Source: Fonticula alba ATCC 38817 (Eukaryota > Protista > Nucleariida). Taken from it: a DNA stretch of 64,000 nt. The stretch lies in the NCBI GenBank assembly GCA_000388065.2, contig KB932201.1; one strand, written 5' to 3'. Made by a program: the position numbers and the translations under genes. The notes under the pieces were generated by a model that saw only the letters and a program-made list of their open reading frames with translations, was not told the origin of the DNA and searched no databases. Below, piece after piece: positions 9,571 to 22,226 of this stretch. The first letter of the stretch is position 1, and each line of letters begins with the position of its first letter.

Positions 9571-10784
9571 ATGTCCCCCAAGCCCTGGTTCGTCGTGATC
9601 ACCGGTGCCAGCAGCGGCTTCGGCCGTGCCATGGCCCGTGGCCTGCTCACCCGCGCGGGCCTTGCCCCGGCTGGGTCGACCTTCCTGCTGGTGGCTCGCT
9701 CGACCGAGCAGCTGGCTCAGACCAAGACCCTTATGGAGGAGTCCGGCATTGAGGCCAACGGTGCGCGCTTGTCCTTTCTCGCCTGCGCTCCGTGAGGTCG
9801 CCCGGGCCTGCCTCCGGCGCTTCCGTTGTTGCCGCCTCCGCTCACTTCCGTCCCCCCCCCCCTCTCTCTCTCTCTCTCTGTCGTGTTCCCCGGCCACCCT
9901 CTCCCGCTCTGGCGCATGCAGTGTCCCTCCTGTCGGCCGACCTCTCGGACCTCGGCGCCATCAGCCAGAAGGTTGTCCCGCGCATGGCCGAGATGCTGGC
10001 CGCCGCCGGCGATGTCTTCGGCCGAGTGATGCTCGTCAACAATGCCGGCTCCCTGGGGAACATTTCCGACCGCATTGACAAGGCCGGCGCCTGCCCCGAC
10101 ACCCTGCAGTCCTATTTCAACCTCAACCTGACCGGTGTCATCACTCTCACGTGTGTCCCTCATTTTGCCCGGGTTTCCCCTCCCCCNNNNNNNNNNNNNN
10201 NNNNNNNNNNNNNNNNNNNNNNNNNNNNNNNNNNNNNNNNNNNNNNNNNNNNNNNNNNNNNNNNNNNNNNNNNNNNNNNNNNNNNNNNNNNNNNNNNNNN
10301 NNNNNNNNNNNNNNNNNNNNNNNNNNNNNNNNNNNNNNNNNNNNNNNNNNNNNNNNNNNNNNNNNNNNNNNNNNNNNNNNNNNNNNNNNNNNNNNNNNNN
10401 NNNNNNNNNNNNNNNNNNNNNNNNNNNNNNNNNNNNNNNNNNNNNNNNNNNNNNNNNNNNNNNNNNNNNNNNNNNNNNNNNNNNNGAACTACGCCCCCGG
10501 GCCGCTGGACACCCCGATGCAGGCCACCGTCCGCACCGAGCTCGGTGCCGAGGAGATGCGCCAGACCTTCGACAACTACCCCCAAAGCCTCCGTGCGCCC
10601 CCCCCCCCCCTATGCTGCCTGCCCTTTGCCGCTGGTCTGGGATGCTGACATGGCTGTGCCTTGCCAGGGCGCTCTCCTGTCGGCCGAGGCCTCGGCCGAC
10701 AAGCTGCTGGTTCTCCTGCGCGACAGCAAGTTCGAGTCCGGCAGCCACCACGACTATTACGACCTGCCGGAGCCCACCTTCTAA
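9571..10784 (+). CDS. SPR: Sepiapterin reductase (SDR family); multi-exon, middle hidden by a gap, probable 1-nt homopolymer error
   Basis: Motifs: Rossmann VVITGASSGFGRAMA, LLVARS, MLVNNAGSLG, YFNLNLTG, NYAPGPLDTPMQ, and the C-terminal SADKLLVLLRDSKFESGSHHDYYD typical of SPR. Exons 9571-9760, 9922-10150, (gap 10187-10485), to about 10592, and 10668-10784. The YxxxK motif is not visible (in the gap). Confidence 0.85.
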
Positions 10785-11040
10785 GGTGGCGTTCGCTCTC
10801 TCGCCCGGCGCTCGCCCTGTCTGCCTGGGGTCTCGCGCGGTCGCCCTGCCTCCTCGTCAGCTGGCAATACACCCGCGCCTCTTTGTGCTCATCAACATAG
10901 TAAGCCCGGCCCGGCCGAGCTCCGCCCTCCCCTCGGGGAGGGGCCTCTCCTCGTGGCGTTCTTTTGTCCTCCTTCACCTTGGGCCTTTGGAAGAGTGCGC
11001 GTGTATTGTCGGATCGTGTGGCCATCCCGTCGGGTCCTCG

Positions 11041-11042
<2 letters not shown>

Positions 11043-11071
<29 letters not shown>

Positions 11072-11072
11072 T

Positions 11073-11162
<90 letters not shown>
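11043..11162. repeat. 120-nt near-perfect poly-G tract between the convergent SPR and VPS13 3' ends
   Basis: G run interrupted only by T11072 and C11128. Confidence 0.85.
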
Positions 11163-11165
<3 letters not shown>

Positions 11166-11260
11166 GTGGTCGTATGGCGGTCCCGCGTGCTGGGGGTGGT
11201 TTGCACCGCCACCACCACCTCCCGGTGGGCGTGTTCCTGGCTCCGCGCCCCCGGCCTGGG

Positions 11261-14200
11261 CTAGATGCTGCTCGAGTCGATGACCCAGGCCCCGAGGGCC
11301 GCGAGGCACTGCTCGTACAGACGCCCGGCATGTCGGGCGCTCTGGCAGACCAGGCGCCGGGAGATGCGGACGTCGCGTTGTTCCGGGCGCTTGAGCCGGG
11401 CCAGGAAGCGCGGCATGTCCGGGTCATACTCCAGGTGCGGATCGGCCAGCAAGCCGGCCGGGGCAAAGCGCGTGAAGCTCTCCAGGCAGAAGTGCCGGTC
11501 GGGGTCGGCGGCCGGGGGGGGCGGGCCGAAGGTCGGCCCGGGGGGCCCCTTGGCCGGGGGGGGCCCGGGCATCGCAGCCCCCTCGGGCCTCGGGATGGTG
11601 AAGTGCCCGCACGCGACGCGGCATGCGTCGGTCTGTTCCAGGAGGCCCCCCTCCGGGAGACCGGTGGCCAGGGTCGGCGCCTCGGTGGCCAGGATGACCA
11701 CCATCTGGCCGGGCCCCGGGGCCGGGGGGCCGGCCTGGGCCCGGCGGTGTGACGTGGCCGGGGGGCTGTGGTGTCGGCGACCGGTGGCCCGGTTGCGGCC
11801 GGAGCCGGGGCCGGTGGCTGCCGGTGCGGCCGGCGCCGCCGCATACCGATACGACCGGTCGACGGCCACCGGCCACAGGGTCGAGGCGCCGGCGGCCCGG
11901 CCCACGGGCCGGGGGGGTGCCATCGGCCCGGCCCCCGGCCCCGGGGACAGTGCCACCGCCGGGGGGTCGCCGGCGGCGGCGGCGTCCGGGGGACAACTCG
12001 CGGCCGGGGGGGCGGCCGGCTCCGTCGGGCGTGGAATGGACTGGCGCCAGGGCCGGGGAGTAGGATCGATGGCCGGGGCCGCGGTTGGACTTTTGCTGGT
12101 GCCGTAGGAGCCTGGGTGCCGGTTGCCGGGGCCACCGGCGTCCGGCATCTTCTGGCTGTGGTGCGTACACACGGCCGGGAAGACGTAGAAGAGGCTCGGG
12201 TCGCCGAGGGCCAGGATGTCGACAAACCGGCCGCCACTGTAGCGCACCCGCTCGACGCACTCCCACGGCAGGACCCAGACAAGGCGCTCGCGATCGGACC
12301 CGGTCCAGGAGGTGGACCCGGTTGCCAGGTTGTCACTTTCGAGGTCGGCCCCGCGGACCAGGATCAAGCCGCGATCGGTGATGAGGAGGACCTCATCAAG
12401 TGGTCCCCCCCCGGTGGGCGGGTGGTCCGCCGGGGCGGGGGCGTCGGCTGGGTGGTGGACGCCGCCGGGCGGCTCGGCCACCGGGGGCCCGGTCTGTCCG
12501 GCGGGTGTGGCGGCCGTGCTGGGTGCCGATGATCGGGCTGCGGCCAGGAGCAGCGGCGGCTGGCGCGAGGGTTCGATCGACTCGGCCAGGGGCCGCGAGG
12601 CGCGCAGCCGGCCATGGGCCAGATAGCGCCAGCTCCGGAGGGCGCCATTCCCGGTGACATGTCGAGCCATGATGGCCAGAGCCCGGGCCCGGTGGAGGTT
12701 ATATGCGGCGATCTGTTGCGGCTGCGATGCCAGCGAGGGGATCCGGTGGATGAGGGCCTTGGCGTCGATGGCCTCCATCAGGCGGATGAAGAGCTCCTGC
12801 TCGCGGATTTCCATGGCCAGCGGGTCGGCCAAGCTGCTGCGACTGGCCGACGGGCCGGTGGCCATGCCGGGCCCGGCCGGCAGCCGGCCCGAGGGCGATC
12901 GCGAGGAAGACCCCGTCGATAGGATCCCCGTGCTGGGGCTGCTGTCGGTCCGGCCGGGGGTGCCGGCTTGCAGGGCCGCCAGCAGTTCATTCACCCACCA
13001 CCGGTCGAGGGAGCTGTTCCGGGGGAGCCCGGCGCCGGGGGGGTCCTCCCGGACCAGGAACTCCGAAAGCAGGTCCACCGGCAGGTCGGTCTGGGCGAGT
13101 AGCTGTTGCATGTTGCCGCCGGCGGCGGCGGCCGCTGCGGCGGCGGCCGTCGCAGCCAGCGTCGCGTCGCCGAGGGCTGCCCGGTGGTGCTGGAGCAGGG
13201 AAATCGTGGTGTTGAAGGTGGCGGCCGTGGAGGCGGGGAGTGCGCGCGGCGGGCGCTGGCGCACGCTCTGCACACTGAGGCTGCCCTCGAGGCGGTGCTT
13301 TAGGCCCTGGGCCACTGGGGGGGGGGGGGCGTTCGGGCGGTGCCGGCCGGGTCAGTCCTGGGCTCCGGGTGGTAGGGGCGGGGTGGTGGTGTTTTTTTTT
13401 TTTGGCAGGCGCGCTCGGGGGGCACACGGCCCCGCCATCAGGCCGGGACGCGTGCCGGGCCTTGAGCGCCACACAAAAAGACCTCGAGGCGGCGTACCGG
13501 TCACTGCACCGTCAACCAGCCCGACAACCGGCTTGACAAACAGGCCGACAACGCCCTTGGTCGTGCCGGTGATGAGCCCACTCTTGCCGGCCGCGCGGAC
13601 GGACTTGCGCGGCTGTGCATGGCGCGCCGCCACGCCAATGGGGTGGGTGTGCGTGTGGGTGGGTTAGTGCGGCACTAGGCGATCGGCCTCGGGATCCCCC
13701 TCCAGGCAGCAGCGGGCCCAGGTGCCGGAGCACAAGCACCGATCGAGGAGTGCTTGGGGAGGGGTGCTGTCCGGATGCGTACCTGCTCGACGACGCCGCT
13801 CACGCCGCTGGATACGCCCGACAGCACGGAGTAGGCAGCCAGGGCGACCCCGCGGCGGAAGTTGCAGCTTCGCGCTTCGCGGCGGAGCACTGCCGCCCAG
13901 GGGTACGATCGACGTCGAGTTAGCCACAGGGCGAGGGGGCGGAGGGAGGCAAGAAAGCCCCCGCCAGGGGACTCGCCTCGTGCACTGGTGGTGCCGGTGG
14001 TTGCGCAGATGCATGTGCATTTGCATGTATGTATGTATGTCTATGAATGTGTGTGTGTGTATGTGTGCGTATGCGTACCGGTCCGCTTGGCCTGGAAGCG
14101 CGGGTCCAGGGTGGCCTCGGTCAAGCCACGGCTGACGCTCTGGGCCACGCGGCTGACAGCGTCGATGCCGGCGACGCAAATGCGCGCGGCTCCCGTGAGC

Positions 14201-14821
14201 GGGGTGGCCGTGCGGCTGATCCCATCGGCCCGGGCCCCGCGGAAGGGCGTGATGAAGATGTCCTGCACGCCGGTGTTGATGTTGCGAATGGTGGATATCG
14301 GGTTGCCGAGGACGTCCACCGCGCCGAGGACCGCGTAGAACTGTGGCCACGGGGTGGTCGCCGGCAGGGGTCCCCCCGGGCAGGGCGCGCGCGCCGAACG
14401 GGCCCGGGAGACGGAACGACCAGCGGCCGGGCCGCGGAGAGGGCAAGGCGAAGGTCAGAGGGGCGCACTGCATGCCGCGACGTCGGTGGCATGGGAGCCA
14501 GATCCGCGCTGATGGGCGGGCGGGCGGCAATTGGCTAAAGGCGCGTCAGAGACGGGAGGAGGGACACACCTGGCGGATGAGCTGGCCGCGGTAGTGCAGC
14601 CACACGGTGTCCGACAGGCTGGCCACGCCCTGGATGGCCTCGATGTCGGTGGCGCGCAGGGGCCGAAGGCGGATGCGTGCATCTTCCACCTGGCCCATGG
14701 TGGCGGCGGCGATGTTGAGCAGGGTGGCGGTGGACGACCGGAGGGGCGGGCGCCCGGCCCCGCCGGCCTCCTCGGTCCAGGAGAGCAGATTGGCGGCATC
14801 ATGGGCGGCGGCTTGCTCGTA

Positions 14822-14859
<38 letters not shown>

Positions 14860-16025
14860 CCTCGGCGCCGAGGGTGCGGCCGCGGCGGGGGCCAAGCCCC
14901 TCGTCGCCTGCCTCGGCCAGGCCGTCGGCCCTGGAGGCGGCCGACACGGCCCCCGCCGACGAGGGCCCCGCCGTGGAGGAGGAAAGGGCGGTGTATCGCT
15001 CGTCTTGGTTTTGCGCCCGGACAAGGGTCAGCAGGATGGACAGCTGGCCGATCTCCAGCACTTTGATGTGAATGACGCCGGAGAAGAGCGACCGCGCGTC
15101 GGCCGGCGGCGGGGGCAGCGGCCGGCTGGCATCCAGCATGTGGAGGGGATATCGCGCCCCGAGGTCCGGCGGGTTGCCGAGCGGCGTGGCGATGGCCGGG
15201 CCGCCGGGCCATGTGCGCGCCTCGCGGGCCAGCGGGTCGCCTGGGGCCTGGCCCGCCGGCCGGGGCAGCGGGCCCTGGATGCACCGGGCCACGGCCAGGT
15301 CGATCATGCCGACGCGCACCGGGGCCGCGCCGGGGGGGGGCTTGGGCCGCGCGGGGCGGCCGGCCACAAGCCCGGCCACCGGGCCCGAGGGGGCCAGTCG
15401 GCTGGTGGCCGGCGGCACGGAGTCCTGCACGAAGCTGCCAATGCGCACGATGAACCCCTCGGACAGGCGCAAGCGCAAGGGCGCCAGCTTGATGCGGACC
15501 AGCGACAGGACCAAGCCCCGGGAGGAGGTCAGCGACCAGACCTTCGGCGACAGCCGGTCCACCAGGTCCACCAGCTGCTGCCCCGGCAGGGGCGTGCCGC
15601 CGGGGGCCAGGGGGAAGGTCGGCCGCTCGGCCGGGCCGCCCGGCTCGGCGGGCTCCTGCACGGGCAGGCTGCCGGCAGCCCGGGCGTCGGGCGTGGACGG
15701 CGGCCGGGGGCCGGCCTGCGCATGGCCCCCCGCCAGGGAGCCCGTCGCCCCGGGGCGCGGGCCCACATCGATGACCGCATAATACCGGCCCACCGGGCGG
15801 GAAGCCTGGCTGAGGATCTCGGCCAGGAGCCCCGGCCCGGCGGTCGATGGGTCGGGCCCGGTCTCGGGCCCGTGTCCGCCCAGCGGCTCGGTGACCAGCT
15901 GCCCGGAGTCTAGGAGCGTGCGCCACACCAGCTCCGGCCGGTCCATCGGGTTGATCGGGACCACGGCCCGGATGGCCAGGTTGAAGATGGGCTTGGGGGC
16001 CCGGCGGCGGGGAGCCGCGGGCGTG

Positions 16026-16057
<32 letters not shown>

Positions 16058-16954
16058 GGGCTGGTGCCCGGTGGCCGCCGGCTGCCCGGCGACCGGCGTC
16101 TCGGTGAAGTGCAGGTGCTCCTCGTGGATGTCGCCGGCCGGGCCGTCATCCAGCTCGCGAATGCGCGGCCCGTTCGGTGGGCCGTGATCCGGCGCCTCGC
16201 CAGGGCGTGCTGCCGTGCGGCCGGCGGCGGTGGCCCCGCGCTCCGAGGTCTCTCGGGCCAGCACCACCGGGTACAGGGGATCGGTGGCCTGGTCATCGAC
16301 TTGGGCGCTGTCGGCGGTGCGGCGCGGAGGAAGGAGGTGAGCACGAGTCGGGTATATGCATGCGGCAGAGGCCAGGCCGAAAGGGCCCACAAGCTGAGCA
16401 GGGCGGGGGGGGGGTAGGAGGGGCAGCCGAGCGATGGGGCAGAGGCGAGGTAAAACAAGCAGGCGCCCAAGGGCGCCACCCGGTTACGCACTCGTCGAAG
16501 CTTACATCCAGGCTGAGCGAGCCACAGGACAAGACCGCCTGCATGGCCAGGCCCTTGAGCGTGGCATACAGGCGCTCGGCCGGTACCGGGGCCGGCAGCC
16601 GGCTGGCCAGGTCGAGGGCACGCCATTGGGCCGGGCGCCGGGCTGGCAGTGTGGCCGGATCAACGGGCCCGCCGGCCAGGCCGCCCGGCGAGGGGGCCGG
16701 TAGGCCGGCATTCGGCCCGCCGGGCCCGACGCCCGCCAGGCCGCCCGGCCACAGGTCCTCGGCGTCCGGGGTCTCGGTGTGGGCGGCCAGGGCATCGGTC
16801 AGGGTCACGTCGCGCGGGTCGACCTCGCGCGAGCCGAAGGCCCGCCCGGCCAGCGACTTGGCCGAAGCCGGGCGCATGGACACCAGCGACAGGCCGATGC
16901 CCGCCAGATGGAGGTCGACATTGATCGAGCGCTCGGGCTGGCCGTAAGGTCCCC

Positions 16955-16993
<39 letters not shown>

Positions 16994-19900
16994 TGCCTGT
17001 CAGCACGAGGCGGGGCGGGGCCGGAGGGCGGGCAGCAGCAGGGCGCGCGACATCCAAGAAGCGGCCCAGGCGGCGGGTTGCCGACAGCGGGGCGGCCCCG
17101 ACGCACGATGAATTGCGCGGCCAGCGGGGGCCCGGTCCAAATGTGGTCCAGCGCTCCGATCGGGCACTGGCTCGGGCCGAGCGGTCGAATGGGGCCATTG
17201 TCGGGCGGGATTTCCAGCGCGTCGAAGCTGGCCGGGCTCTGGACCAGGCCGGCCTGCGTGGCAGGGGCCAGCGGCGAGGGGGTCTGCGGGGCTGGCTCCC
17301 GCGGCACGGGCAGCCTGCCGGCAGGTTCACGCGATAAGCGGGGGATGGTGTCAGCGCGCGGACAAGCCGTGGGGAGTACACGATATGTCCCTGCCCGGGC
17401 CCGGGGCCCGGGGCCCGGTCCAAGCGGGCAAAGGCAAGGGCGCGGGACAAGCGGCCCCGGGGGCCTTTCGGACGTACACCGACACGACGCAGGTCTCCTG
17501 CAGGAAGTGACAAGTGATGGACACCTCCTGGACGGTGATCTCCCCGGATGGGGAGACTGCCCGCCGGAGGGGCGAGCCGGCGCCGAGGACCGGGCATCCA
17601 AAATGCACGGAAAGTGTCAGTGACCGCCATGTGTGCGAGGCCTCTACCGAGAGGCCGAGCGGGAGGGAGCGGCCGGCGGAGCCCGGCCCGCGCGACATGG
17701 CCCCGCCCATGCTCCCCTCCGCCCGTGCTCCCCTCCGCCCCGGCGCCCCGCTTCGTGGCTCTTCACAGGGAGCTCGTCGCCCGGGTGGCCGCGCCACTAC
17801 GCACCCTGGCGCACCGGCACGCGGGCCACCGACTCCAAGGATCGCGTGTCAATCAGGATAACCGTCTCCGGAGGCGGGACAGCCCCCCCGAAGGAGGGGT
17901 CCTCGCTCAGGCCGCCCGGCCGGTGTCGGTGGTGGTGGTGGTGGTGCTGGTGGTGGTGCTGCTGCTGCTGCTGCTGCTGGCGGGGGTAGTGCCGATGCCG
18001 GCCGGCAAAGGCGCCCTCGCCATGGGGGCCGGGCGGAGATCCGGGCACGTTGTAGGCCATGCCGGTGGCCGCCACGCGTGGCGGCTGGTTGGTGGCCTCG
18101 GCCGGGAGATCTTCCTCGGCCAGGGCCGGGCCGATGGCCAGCAGGAGCATGCCCTCATCGTGCAAGGCCATGCCATAGTCGCGCAGGGCCTCGGCGACAT
18201 CGGGACTCAGGCCGGCCGCGTCCCCGGCCGCCGGGAACATCGGCGCCCGGACAAAGGGCACCCCCTTGCCCGGGGGGACCACCGTCCTGGGCGGCCCCGG
18301 CACGGGGGCGGCAGGCGGGGGTCGGTGGAGACGCAAGCGGCAGCCGCACGATCCATGCATGTTAGTGTGTGACATCCCCTCAGCGCGCTGGGTGGCTTGC
18401 GATCCCGGGCCTGGGCGCTCTTTGCCGCCGTCCGCCCCTGGCTTCGCCCCCCTCCCCCCCCCCCTTCCCCGGAGCACGNNNNNNNNNNNNNNNNNNNNNN
18501 NNNNNNNNNNNNNNNNNNNNNNNNNNNNNNNNNNNNNNNNNNNNNNNNNNNNNNNNNNNNNNNNNNNNNNNNNNNNNNNNNNNNNNNNNNNNNNNNNNNN
18601 NNNNNNNNNNNNNNNNNNNNNNNNNNNNNNNNNNNNNNNNNNNNNNNNNNNNNNNNNNNNNNNNNNNNNNNNNNNNNNNNNNNNNNNNNNNNNNNNNNNN
18701 NNNCCCCCCCCCCGAAGGACACACGGGGCGGCGAGGGGCCCAACCGGCGGGCGGGGCTACACGCACACATCCCCGACAATGGTCCAGCGAGTGGTGTCGT
18801 CGATGACCGGCGGCGGGGGCGGCTCGAAGGCCGGGGCCCCGGGCGGGATGCCGGTGTCCGAGGCCGTGCCCGGGGCCGGGGCGTCCAGGTCGGCCCGGGT
18901 GCGCGGCAGGGCCGCCACACTGGCGAAGCGCACCCGGCAATTGGTGGTGGCATTGTCCAGGCGGAAGGGGGCCGAGGTGGTCTCGCGGATGGCCACGGTG
19001 GTGGTGGACTCCGAGGTGTGGACCTCCACGCGGAGGAGCACCAGCCGCACGCCGCCGGCATGTGCCGGGCAGGGGCGCGGCGGGGCCCGGCGAGGGCCGG
19101 GCCCGGTGGCCGTGGCATGGGCGGCCGCGGTGGCAACGGCCTCGGCCGCTTCGGCGGCCGCCTTCGGGCACCGGGCGGCCGCCTCGTCGAGGGCCACCAG
19201 CAGGAAGCTGGACCGAGCCGTGTCGCAGTCCACCGGCCAGGTCCAGGAGGACAGCCGCGCGGCCAGGCGAAGTTGCACCGCGCGGGTGGCCTGGTCCGGG
19301 AAGGGGCCGGGGCCCGGGGCCGGGGAGGGGCCCTCGGGGCCCGGGCCGGCTGCCTGCTGCCCGGCCGGCCCGCATGTCGGGCACTCGAAGTCCAGCCCGG
19401 GGGCCGGGTCGGCCCCGGGGGCCGGGGCGCAGGCACACCGGAGCGGCACGCGCAGGCCTCGCCGGCCGGCCAGGGCCCGGATGCAGCGCCAAAAGGCCTC
19501 GGCCTGGAGGAAGTGGAATCCGGCGCGGCTGTGCGGCGGGAGGTACATCTGCGGCGGGTCGGCGGCGGCGGCGCGCTCGGGCCGCGAGCCGCCGCCCCCG
19601 GGGCCCGTGCCCGAGAGGTGGATCCAGTCGAAGGGGTCGCCGGCTTGGCGGTGCTGGGCGCGGGCCTGCTCGAAGCCGGCCGGCGGCAACTGGCGCACCA
19701 GCAGCGGCAAGTCCGTCTCATTGCTGAGGACATACCGCGGCTCGATGGTCAGCACCCGGGTCCGGGGGTGGACCGAGGGCGGCACGCCGGCCCGCGTGAG
19801 GCTATGCGCCCGGACGATGCTCATGGACAGCTGGGCATAGCCGCGCGAGAGTTCCAGCAGGCTGGCCTCGACGGCGGCGGTGGCCGCCGCGTCGGCCGCC

Positions 19901-21014
19901 CGCCGGGACCCGGACACCCGGCGGCTGCGCAGGCCCGGGTCCACCGGCTCGGCCGTGCCGCCCGGCCGCCGGGCCAGGCGCTGCTCGGTGCCCCCCCCGA
20001 GGAGGGTCGGCCACCGGGCCATTCGCGGCTGGGCCGAGCCGGTGCCGTCCTCCGGGAAGGCCCGGTCGGCGGCCAGGCTGACCAGGTCCGGCACCAGCTC
20101 GATGACCCCCTCGGAGCCGGGGGCGTCGATGTACACGGCCTTCGGGTGGATCGTGCCCCGGGGCCCGCCGCCAGGAGGCCAGGGTGGTCAGTAACATGTG
20201 CGAGAGGTTCCCCTTCGGCCCCGGCCGGGGCCGGAGGCCGAGACTTCCGGCGGAGCCTCTGTCCGGCGGCACGGCCCTTCCGCCGTCGGCCACGTGTGCA
20301 GCTATACACAAAAGCATGCGTGTGTGTGCGTGTGCGTGTGTGTGTGTGTGCGTGTGTGTGTGTGCGTGTGCCCTCGGCGAGCAGGCGCATTGCCCCGGCG
20401 TACCTTGCTCCAGCGCGAGTGCCGGGTGCGCAGAGTGGCATTGGTGTGGCGCTTGGGGACCACCTTGGTCCGGCGCTCCAGGGAAAAGAGCCCGACCTGG
20501 GTGTCGGGCAGTTTGCTGCGCTCGCGGTTGAACAGGCTCAGGATGCAGTCCGAGGGCCGGATGCCGAGCTCGGCGTCCGACGCGTCGGCCAGGCCGAACA
20601 GACGCTCCGGGCCCGGGGGCGGCGTGCCAACTCGCCGCCGGGGGCCCTGGGCCGCGGCGGCGAGCTGCGCCTCGCGCTCCAGCATCGCCTCGGTGAAGTG
20701 CTGCCGCAGGATGTCCGAGTTGAAGGCAATCCCCGAGGCCGGGCCGATGGACATGCTGTTGGAGTGGGCCCCGGACTGCTTGAGCATGATCGGCAGCGAG
20801 GTCCGATTCAGCACCACCAGGCGACTGTAGAGGATGAACACCGGGGTGTTGGACTCGACATCGCGGCTGGCCGTACGGCCGGCCATGCCCCACCCACCGC
20901 GGCGGTGCCAGCCAAAAGCCCCAGTCAGCATGCTGAGCCCTCGCGGGCGAACCGAGCAGGGGCATGCTTTCCGCCTGCCGCCATTCCTCCCCCCCCCCCC
21001 CCCCCCCCCCCCCC

Positions 21015-21056
<42 letters not shown>

Positions 21057-22178
21057 CCCCTGGGCCATCGCCGCGGCTGAGCCCGCCCCCGAAGGCCGGC
21101 ACGCCTGACGCTGGAGCCCCCCCTCCCCCCCCCCCTCACCCCCCCGCAACGGCGACGGGAGGCACGGGGACACGCACCGGAGGATGACCTCGCACGACTC
21201 GCCGTCCGGGCCCACCAGGCGCAGGGAGTGGTCCCGGCGGAAGCCCGGCAGGGAAATGAGCGACGTCCGGCCGGGGGTGGCCCCGGCACGGTCGGCGGTC
21301 AGGGCGGCCGGCTCCATGCGCACGCGCACCGGCTTCGGCGTGCGGAAGACCGCCCCGCCGGCCATGCACAGGCTCAGGCTCAGCCAGAAGCCCGGCTCGC
21401 CGGGCGGCGCGTCGGACAGGTTCTCCCGGCGGCGCCGGCGCTCGGCCCGGTTGAAGGCCTCGAAGGCGCGGCGATTGCGCTGGGCCAGCAGCCGGCCCCG
21501 CAGGGCCCGGTCCAGGTAGAGCCCCTCGCGATCGAGCAGGCCGGCCCCGAGGCCCAGGTACACCCGGGCCATGTACCAGATGGCCGGGCCGCGGGCCGGG
21601 CCCCGGCGCCGGGCCCCACGCGCGGGTGCCCCCGGCTCCGGGGGCTCCTCCGGGGTGGGCCCGGCCTGGCGGGCGGCTGCCCGAGGGGGTGCCGCCCTCG
21701 CGGCCGGGCCCGGCTCGCCGCTGCTGATGGGCCACGACAGGAAGCCGAAGGCCCGGCCGGATCGGATGAGCTTGCCGGTGAGGCCGCCGGCCGGGGAGGC
21801 CGCGCCGGCAGCCGGGGCAGGCCCCGGCGCCGGGCCGCCGGCCGGCCACTGTGCCGGGTCCTCGTCCATCATGGTGCACACGCGCTGCGGGCCGGACCAA
21901 GGCGGATAGGAATACCGCTGGCGTCGGGTCAGGGCCGGGGGGCGGGCAGGACGTACCGACGGGCTGGCCCCCGCGGCCGAGGCCGCCAGCCGGGCTCGCT
22001 CACGGGGGACCGGCCGACCGCGGGACCGGGGCAGCTTGAAATCGCTGGCCGGCGGCACGGTGCTCAGGCGCAGGTACGCGTCGAAGGGCAGGCGGTTGTC
22101 CACCTGCACCGGCGGCTTGAGCACCACGCGGATGGACGTCAAGGACCGGTGGATCTGCCATGCCCCGGGGCCAGGGCC

Positions 22179-22226
<48 letters not shown>

